Virus record (IMG/VR): IMGVR_UViG_3300024229_000651
Direction: 5' to 3' (one strand)
Source of the DNA: a virus
Lineage: Duplodnaviria > Caudoviricetes
Length of the DNA stretch: 64,000 bases
The translations under genes were made by a program, and so were the position numbers. The notes below the pieces were generated by a model that was given only the letters and a program-made list of their open reading frames with translations, was not told the DNA's origin and ran no database searches. Each line of letters begins with the position of its first letter. The first letter of the stretch is position 1. Shown here one piece after another: positions 50,217-58,400 of the stretch.

Positions 50217-51375
50217 CCTACCAGAACATTTTTGCATATTACCTTGGATCAATCAAGAAGCACGAACTAACGGAGAAATTGGTGTGTGCTGTGTTATGCA
50301 AGAGACTGTACCCGATATGAACTTAGCGGACGGAGCCACACTAAAGGACGCTTGGGATAGTAAGTGGTTAGCAGATTTAAAAGAAGACTTCTTAGCAGGA
50401 GAGAAACCTTCAGCATGTTACAACTGTTGGAACGAAGAGAAGGCTGGAATTGACAGTAAGCGTTTACGAGAGTTACGGAAGTTCCCACATCACTTAGAAG
50501 ATTTAGATCATCTTAAACCAAAGAGCATGGATTTAAAACTAGGTAATATATGTAACACCAAGTGCAGAATATGCACAGGGTTTGCAAGTAGTCAATGGGT
50601 TCCAGAAGAAATCGAACGTGACGGAGAAACAAATCAATTTGCACAACTTATGGGACGTCTAGGTCGTTGGCCAGAACTCAATGAGCAGTTTTGGGATGAT
50701 CTAGAAAGTCAGATCGAAGAAGTAGAAAGTCTAGAGTTTTTCGGAGGCGAGCCGTTTTTAATTAAACGACACTTCGAGATATTGCAAACACTTGCAGACA
50801 AAGGCAGAGCCAAAGACATTAGTTTAAGTTACAATACAAACGGTTCTATATTCCCTGAACAGCACATAGATCTGTTATCACAGTTCAAAGATGTGCAAGT
50901 GTTTTTCAGTATAGACGGTGTAGGCGAAAGATTTAATTACATACGCCACCCAGGCAAATTTGAAGATGTAATGGAAAACTATTATAAGTTTAGATCAGTG
51001 CCTAAGATACGAACAAACATTTTTTATACTGTAAGTTTGTTTAACATAATGTATATGGATGAATTATTAGAATACCAAAAAGAAAATGATATAGAAACAG
51101 AGATACATTTTAATATGGTATACGTACCACATCATATCAGTCCTAAAGCATTACCCGAAACTGCAAAAAAAGCTATAACAGAAAAATTTAAAGATCACAC
51201 AGATCATAGAATACAAAGCACACTAAATTTTATGAATCAAGAAGATTATGATGGGTACTTAGACGAACTAGTTAGACAGGTGCAATTCAGCGATAAGTAT
51301 AGAGATGAAAGCATAGCAAAAACGTTCCCTGAGCTTTATCAATATCTTAAGCCTTGGTTCGAGCCTAAACAATAA
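50209..51375 (+). CDS. Radical SAM enzyme #9
   Basis: CNTKCRIC, FGGEP and N-terminal CILPW...VCC...CYNC. Confidence 0.9.
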   Translation: MSNLPEHFCILPWINQEARTNGEIGVCCVMQETVPDMNLADGATLKDAWDSKWLADLKEDFLAGEKPSACYNCWNEEKAGIDSKRLRELRKFPHHLEDLDHLKPKSMDLKLGNICNTKCRICTGFASSQWVPEEIERDGETNQFAQLMGRLGRWPELNEQFWDDLESQIEEVESLEFFGGEPFLIKRHFEILQTLADKGRAKDISLSYNTNGSIFPEQHIDLLSQFKDVQVFFSIDGVGERFNYIRHPGKFEDVMENYYKFRSVPKIRTNIFYTVSLFNIMYMDELLEYQKENDIETEIHFNMVYVPHHISPKALPETAKKAITEKFKDHTDHRIQSTLNFMNQEDYDGYLDELVRQVQFSDKYRDESIAKTFPELYQYLKPWFEPKQ

Positions 51376-51399
51376 GTAGTAGCACACAAGGAGAAATAA

Positions 51400-52701
51400 A
51401 TGTCTTACAGTAAAACATTCTGTCCATACCCCTGGATACATGTGATGACACAACCTAGTAGTACAGTAAATTTTTGCTGTGTAGCGCAAGGGCAAATCAA
51501 GCGGGACGACGGAAGAGTATTCTACATGAAGTATGTAGATAAACTTGAAGATGTTTGGAACAATAATCATTACAGAATGATTAGAAGACAGATGATAGAA
51601 GGCGAAGAGGTCGAAGGCTGTAAACCTTGTTACGATTTAGAAAAAGTTGGAATACCAAGTTATAGAGAAAACTACATTAGGGACTGGATGGGCTTCCACC
51701 CAAAAGCAGACGAAGTAAAAGCTCGCATTGAAAAAAGTATAGACCAAGATTACTATGTAGACGAACCACCAATGTATTTAGATTTTAGACTAGGAACATT
51801 ATGTAACCTACGTTGTAGAATGTGCCAGAGTCAAAACAGTAGCGCAATATATAAAGAGATGCTAGACGAAGATATCTACGATGAAGACGAAAAACAATTT
51901 ATTATTGACCAAACACATTGGGGAGACTTTAGTGATTATACATTTAATTGGTACGACAGTCCTAGGTTCCTAGATGCCGTTGAACAATGGTTGCCACATG
52001 TTAACAAACTTTATTTTACAGGCGGTGAACCTACAATCATTCAACGTGTATATTGGATTATGGAAAAGTGTGTAGAGTTAGACATAGCAAAAGATATCGA
52101 GCTAGTGTTCAACAGTAACATGACAAACATACAACCAAAATTCTTAGAGATCTGTGGCAAGTTTAAACATGTACTAATGTGTATAAGCGTAGACGGTTTT
52201 GCTGAAACAAACGAGTACATCAGAGGCGGCAGTACATGGAGTGTTGTGGACAAGCATATCAGAGAATACTCAACGTCAGAAGTTGTAGGTAATATACTGT
52301 TTAGTCCCGTAGTACAAATATACAACCTGTTTCAAATAACAGACCTAGTAGACTACGCTGAGGAAATCACAAAAGAAAGCGGCAGACGAGTTAACTTGAG
52401 TTTCATTGTTAACAACTACCCAGAGTGCTTAGACATCAGAAACTTGCCTAAGTCAGCAAGATTAGCCGCACAGGAATATTTAATGTCATGGATGAACGAG
52501 AGCGAGTTTATTAAAGGTGACCCTGATGCTCTCAACACTGTAGTAGGACTGATTAACAGTTTAGACGATGAACATGTAAAGGACAATGCAGAAGAGCAAA
52601 TGGAAATATTCCAAAAATACACAGACTTATTAGATGACAAGCGTGATCAAGACATCAGTCAAGTGTCGCCCGAACTATGGAAACATATCAAATGGCGCTA
52701 G
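51400..52701 (+). CDS. Radical SAM enzyme #10
   Basis: AGGAG RBS, CNLRCRMC, TGGEP and N-terminal CPYPW...FCC...CKPC. Confidence 0.9.
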   Translation: MSYSKTFCPYPWIHVMTQPSSTVNFCCVAQGQIKRDDGRVFYMKYVDKLEDVWNNNHYRMIRRQMIEGEEVEGCKPCYDLEKVGIPSYRENYIRDWMGFHPKADEVKARIEKSIDQDYYVDEPPMYLDFRLGTLCNLRCRMCQSQNSSAIYKEMLDEDIYDEDEKQFIIDQTHWGDFSDYTFNWYDSPRFLDAVEQWLPHVNKLYFTGGEPTIIQRVYWIMEKCVELDIAKDIELVFNSNMTNIQPKFLEICGKFKHVLMCISVDGFAETNEYIRGGSTWSVVDKHIREYSTSEVVGNILFSPVVQIYNLFQITDLVDYAEEITKESGRRVNLSFIVNNYPECLDIRNLPKSARLAAQEYLMSWMNESEFIKGDPDALNTVVGLINSLDDEHVKDNAEEQMEIFQKYTDLLDDKRDQDISQVSPELWKHIKWR

Positions 52702-53414
52702 AAGATAAAAAATATCTATATGCAGTAGGGTGTTCCCATTTTGCTGGAAGCGAGATTGACGGACCAGAGCAGTCTACACGAACGGCAAACAGTTTAAACA
52801 AAGCTATACCGGGTAGATTGGCAAAACATTTTAACCTTAACTATATAAACGTAGCAAAGCCTGCGGGCAGTAACGGGTTTATTTACAGGACTGTTATAGA
52901 AATTGTACAAGAGTGGATACACAAAGGACGAGACCCCTCGGAGCTATTTTTTGTGTTGGGATGGAGTACTGACGAGAGATATGAATTTACTTGGGAAGGC
53001 GAGCACTGGCATTGGGCAAACGGCAAAGATTCCTCTCTGATACACAAAGGTGGTATTGGCCCAGACTTTACTAATTGGTTCAAGGCACTGCAATTGTACA
53101 ATACCGACTTTATGTTCGGAGCACATAAAAAGTTACTAAATATAATAACATTGCACGAGTACCTCTCTAGTAGAAATATTCAATATGTGCAACTTGCAAG
53201 TTGCGGGAAAATAGATCCTTCAACGTGGGAAGACAATGAGTGTATATTACATGATTTTCCTTACCACACATATTTTGAGCCTACTGATAGTTTTATAGAT
53301 CAGTACTTAGATATGGAAGCTGAACATTTTACGCCGTGGCTACATGCAGATGCATACTTGCACAACAAGCATGCAGAGAAATTGATAAATTTTATCGAGA
53401 CTAATTATGAATAA
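52677..53414 (+). CDS. SGNH/GDSL-like hydrolase or acyltransferase
   Basis: N-terminal AVGCS (block-I-like Ser), A..GSN (block II/III-like) and C-terminal H......H..A. The start may be ATG 52692. Confidence 0.5.
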   Translation: METYQMALEDKKYLYAVGCSHFAGSEIDGPEQSTRTANSLNKAIPGRLAKHFNLNYINVAKPAGSNGFIYRTVIEIVQEWIHKGRDPSELFFVLGWSTDERYEFTWEGEHWHWANGKDSSLIHKGGIGPDFTNWFKALQLYNTDFMFGAHKKLLNIITLHEYLSSRNIQYVQLASCGKIDPSTWEDNECILHDFPYHTYFEPTDSFIDQYLDMEAEHFTPWLHADAYLHNKHAEKLINFIETNYE

Positions 53415-53613
53415 AGATGACATGGGCGAATTAGGTCCAGCTGAAAAAGTTGTTGATATGGGTGACTTACACGGTAATCCAATACCAGAAGAAAAGCCTG
53501 GCACAGTACAAAAAATCACACAAGCAGACTTGGAACTTTCAGATGAAGAAGAAGAGATGCTTAAAAAGAAACTTGAACGAATTAGAAAATCGGATCCATT
53601 TATATACAGATGA
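53407..53613 (+). CDS. Small hypothetical protein ending in KKL..IRK.DPFIY
   Basis: Overlaps both neighbours (8 nt and ATGA). Acidic then basic C-terminal helix. Confidence 0.7.
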   Translation: MNKDDMGELGPAEKVVDMGDLHGNPIPEEKPGTVQKITQADLELSDEEEEMLKKKLERIRKSDPFIYR

Positions 53614-55172
53614 GAATATTAGGAATAAGTTGTATGTTTCACGACGCTAGTGCATGCGTCATAGAAGACGGCCATATCATGTTTGCCGGTCACAGTGAGA
53701 GATACAGCAGAGACAAGAATGATCCTTTTTTAAATAAAGGCCTTATCCGTGATGCACTTAAACACGGTTTACCAGATGTTATTGTTCTGCATGAAAGTAC
53801 TAAGCTAAAAAACAAACGCAGACTGAAACAAATGAATTGGAGCAGTATAAAAGCTGCCTTAAGCGAGCCATCCGCTGAAGAATGGATAGAAAAGTTTTAC
53901 CCTGAACTTGCGGGAATTCCAGTTACTAACTGTCTACACCATGAAAGCCATGCTGCGGCAGGAGTATTTACTACTCCTGATGATTGGAGTGACGCAACTG
54001 TCATGACAATCGATGCTATTGGAGAATTCCAAACAGCAACAATATACAGATGGGAAACACACCGGGGAGGTGATACTAAATTAGATCTGATGCATGAGGT
54101 GTCTTATCCTAATAGTTTGGGGCTTTTTTATTCTGCTGTTACTGCTAAAGTCGGTCTAAAGCCTATGGAAGATGAATACATCTTAATGGGTATGGCTGCT
54201 TACGGTAAACCTCTATACAAAGACAAGATGAACAAAGAACTGTTTGCTATAGAAGATCCTTTTAGCTCGCCTAGAAGAGCATTAGAAACTATAGACATGA
54301 GCAAAGGACTACCCAAAAAGTTTATGCCTGTTGATATAATGCAGGACGAGTTAGAGCAAGTTAGATTTGATCTTGCAGCTAGTGCACAAGCTGTGTGCGA
54401 AGATCGAATATTAGCATACGCAACTCTAGCAAAAGAGTACTCACCTTTAAGCAAGCGGTTAGTGTTTATGGGTGGGTGCGCATTAAATTGTGTAGCGAAC
54501 AGTAGACTATATGAGCTGTTCGAAGATATACACATCATGCCTAATCCAGGCGATGCTGGTAGTAGTTTAGGTGCGGCGGCTATGTATTACTACTCCGTTA
54601 CAAAACAAAAAGTGAAGTGGGAAGGACCGTACCTAGGTTATAACATCGAAGGATCTTGGCCTAAAGAAAAGTTTTTAGAGAGCATGCGTAAAGGAGAGAT
54701 ATTCGGTATTGCTAATGGTAAAGCGGAATATGGTCCTCGGGCACTGGGCAACAGAAGTTTACTAGCTGACCCACGTGGCGATACTATCAAGGATAGAGTA
54801 AACGAAATAAAGCGTAGACAAAAGTTTAGACCATTTGCGCCAATCGTATTGGAAGAGCATGCAAACGATTGGTTCGAAATGCCTGGGGACAAACCTTCAA
54901 GTCCATACATGCAGTTTGTTGCAAAATGTAAAAGACCAGATGAAGTTCCTGCTATTGTGCATGGCGACGGCACTAGTCGAGTACAAACTGTTAACAGACA
55001 CGACCATCCAGAACTTTATCATGCAATGAGGCTTTGGCATACTGAATCAGGTTGCCCTATTGTATTAAACACTAGTTTGAACATTAAAGGTCAGCCAATA
55101 GTAAACACAGAGAAAGACGCAGAGGAATTCCAGAAGCACTACGGAGTTCCTGTGCATATAAGAGATGACTGA
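53610..55172 (+). CDS. O-carbamoyltransferase (NodU/CmcH/TobZ family)
   Basis: ERYSR.K, HH.SHAA, TIDAIGE, SLG.FY, MGMAAYG, GGCALN..AN, GDAG...GAA, EYGPRALGNRS, FRPFAP, H.DGT.RVQTV and LNTSLN..G.PIV. Confidence 0.95.
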   Translation: MRILGISCMFHDASACVIEDGHIMFAGHSERYSRDKNDPFLNKGLIRDALKHGLPDVIVLHESTKLKNKRRLKQMNWSSIKAALSEPSAEEWIEKFYPELAGIPVTNCLHHESHAAAGVFTTPDDWSDATVMTIDAIGEFQTATIYRWETHRGGDTKLDLMHEVSYPNSLGLFYSAVTAKVGLKPMEDEYILMGMAAYGKPLYKDKMNKELFAIEDPFSSPRRALETIDMSKGLPKKFMPVDIMQDELEQVRFDLAASAQAVCEDRILAYATLAKEYSPLSKRLVFMGGCALNCVANSRLYELFEDIHIMPNPGDAGSSLGAAAMYYYSVTKQKVKWEGPYLGYNIEGSWPKEKFLESMRKGEIFGIANGKAEYGPRALGNRSLLADPRGDTIKDRVNEIKRRQKFRPFAPIVLEEHANDWFEMPGDKPSSPYMQFVAKCKRPDEVPAIVHGDGTSRVQTVNRHDHPELYHAMRLWHTESGCPIVLNTSLNIKGQPIVNTEKDAEEFQKHYGVPVHIRDD

Positions 55173-55434
55173 TTCTGATCGCAGTGCGGCTGATGATCTA
55201 GATGATCTAATGTACATATCTCTTAATCCGTGGCTGTATGATGATGCACTCACTAAAGAAGAATGTATGATGTGGAAACTAAAAAACACATGTCATGTGT
55301 GTGGTATATCAGTAAAATACCACAGAGACGATTGTGCTTTCAGTGCACCTCAGCTAAGTTTTGCAGCTATTAAAGCAGGCAATTACACTTTAGACACACG
55401 CAATTACACACTAACGAAAAATAAAAATGTATGA
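55165..55434 (+). CDS. Small hypothetical protein (89 aa, Cys/His-containing)
   Basis: 8-nt overlaps on both sides. Contains C....CHVC.....H..DC. Confidence 0.6.
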   Translation: MTDSDRSAADDLDDLMYISLNPWLYDDALTKEECMMWKLKNTCHVCGISVKYHRDDCAFSAPQLSFAAIKAGNYTLDTRNYTLTKNKNV

Positions 55435-58400
55435 TATTTTTTATATTGGCAACAATACAGAACTAAAAGAAAAATACCCTTTTAGTAAACAGATAGATAA
55501 TGCGGATCGTATTAAATCTAATACAGCACTGTATTGGTTAGTAGAAAGTAATACGTCTATTACTGATTGGGAAATATTTGAATTCAAGCCTGATCAGTAC
55601 ACAGTAACATATGAACACAAATGGAAATGGAATGATGAGAATTACGGCGGGGTAGTTCTCGTTCCTAAAACAGGCGGGGCTGATACTGTTTTCCATAATA
55701 AGATTGTATGCAAAAAACAGTTTGATATTTTACTGCAAGAGACACCAGGGGAATACTTTGAGGACAACCCACACTCCAGCCACGTATGGTGTGTAGATCC
55801 TCAATATGTTTTAGGCGATGATATAAATTGGGCACCGGGGAATTTTGAACCAGACTTTATTCATAGCTTTCATTTACGTGGGCAACTTGAATTCAAGTAT
55901 CCAGAACTTGAAGGGGGAATCAAGTTGTACCCACGTGAGTGGTCTTCAGCACAATTTAAATACCATAAGTTCTTAGACACAACACTCGACTATCCTATTA
56001 TGTATGTAGCAGATGTCGACGACTATGCACAACGTGATATTCATAAAGACGATTACGTTTGGTTAATTGATAAAGAACATTGTATAAACCAGACAACAGT
56101 GGACTGGGTTCCCAATCCGTTTGAAAAAGAATTCGTGCACTGTTTTAAAATGCATTACCAGCTAAAAGAAAAATACCCTATGGCCATGGGCGGCATCAAG
56201 TTAGTTCCTACAAATTGGAAAGATGCTGAGTTAAAAATACATCCTGCGTGTCCTATAGAGGATGAAAGTTACGATGTATTTTATATAGACGATGACGAAT
56301 TCACTAGTGATACTTATAACGAGTATGCATCAAGGAGTAAGACTGACTGGTTTTGGGTCGTCGACAGAGACTTTACATTCAACGGCAAACTATTATTTGT
56401 GCCAGCGCAACACGAACAAGAGTATATACATGTGTTTAAAGTGCCTGGACATTTAGAAGAACGTTATCCAGCTGACGTAAAGGACTCATGGGATATAAGA
56501 TGCGGCGGCGTTAGACTAGTCAATAAACATTTTGATATGACCAAGCATAAGTTTCAGGAAGACATTGTTCCAATTAGATACGATATATTTTATGTAGACG
56601 ATTTAAACGATTATGCAACACCTGCAAGAAAAAGTAGAACAAAGATGTTTTGGCTTATAGACAGCGAACATCAAATTAATGAGGAGTTTAAATATGTACC
56701 ACAACGATATGACCAAAAATACATACAGGTATTCAAGTTTCCAGGTGACTTGGAACACAAGTACCCAAGAAACATTACAAATATCAGCGACAACAGAGCA
56801 GGAGGTATCAAACTTGTTCCTATCAATGGGAATGGCGAATCCAAATTCATCGACCAAAACCCAGTCGGCGGCAAAACGTACCCCATCCGATTTACTGACG
56901 ATGCAGATGAATCACTTACAGAAGATACTTGGATAGTACCTACAGCGTTTGAAGATGTTATTAGTAGTATACCATGGCAACCCAGTGTGTTTGAAAAGAA
57001 TACACAACACGTATTTGCTCATGGATTGTTACGCTGGATGCCTCTAGACTGGAACGGAGAAATTAGGGAACACGATTTTAGTCCAGTTATAATAGACATC
57101 ACATACGAAAAATTTAGTAGTTACCAAGAAGGACTAGAGCATAGCAAGTTTAACTGGTTTTGGGTAGTTAGTCCTCATGTCAGTGTACTAGAAGATTTCG
57201 ATTGGAACTTCCAACCTAATGTATTTGATGAAGGCAAAGCTCATGTCTGGCAAAAGCTAAACCCTATAACAAAAAAACAATACGACTATGGTGGTGTTGA
57301 GCTAAGGCACAAGCACGAAAAACGTGGGCGTCCTAAGTATGTTAGAGAACATGCATGTACACAAAACGTCTATCCTATATATGTATTAACAGCAAACGAT
57401 TATGCAAACGGATTAAAGTACGCATACGAACAACTGGCAAGCAAAACAGAAACAAATATGTTTTGGGTAGTCGACGCATTTGTAGATATAGATCAGCAGT
57501 TTGACTTCAGTTACTATCCTACGCAATATGATACTAGCGTGGTGCATGCTTGGCAACATGCTAGTACAAATAGATCAAGCGGTGTACGATTGCTACCGGT
57601 TGATATAGAAATTATTAACGACAAACAGATTGTAGAAAACAGTTTTGAAAAAATAAAGTTACTACCCGAAGTAGCAACAAAAGATCAAGTGTGGAGTGTG
57701 GTACATCTGACCAGTAACACTGTAGACGAAATTAACTCAGTACTTGATAAACATAGCGGTTACGTATGGACAGTTGATCCAGGTACTAACGTAGATCAAG
57801 ATACTATTGATAAAAGTTTTATACCACATGTAGATAATATACCATTTGTACACGTTTGGAAAGATGCTGACGGAGGATACGGTTCTTTAAAACTGTGGCC
57901 GACAAACTACGACACTAGTAGTTTAACAGATGAGCAAGTGTCTACTTCCAGCATAACAGACCAAGTTATAGTGGACACAGTAGCCGCACAACAAACGCAA
58001 TATCCAATATACTACTTGGATACATTAGACACATCAACGGGCTTACGTGACGTTTACGAGCGTCTAGCGAGCGATACTAGCAGTAGAATGTTCTGGGTAG
58101 TAGATGCACACACAACGGTCATGGATACGTTTGACTTTACGTTTAAGCCTTCGCAGTTTGATATGGACACAGTCCATGTCTGGCAACATGCAGGTGAGAC
58201 GAGAAATAGTGCTGTAAGATTATTACCTACCGCTACTGTGTTTAAAAACAACAAGCAAATTATCGACAACAGCTTCACAAAACTAAAACAAGTACCCCAG
58301 GTAGCGTCAAGAGATCCTGTATGGCCCGTAGTTAAACTAGAAGAGTTAACAACAAAAGAAATTACACATGTATTAAAACATGCAGAAACAAACTATGTAT

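Noticed and set aside
25610-55434. Classical RiPP cluster with a precursor peptide
   Set aside because: The small ORFs (46, 54, 68, 89 aa) show no leader/core repeats or typical radical-SAM RiPP motifs, and no RRE/PqqD domain, peptidase or transporter was recognised.
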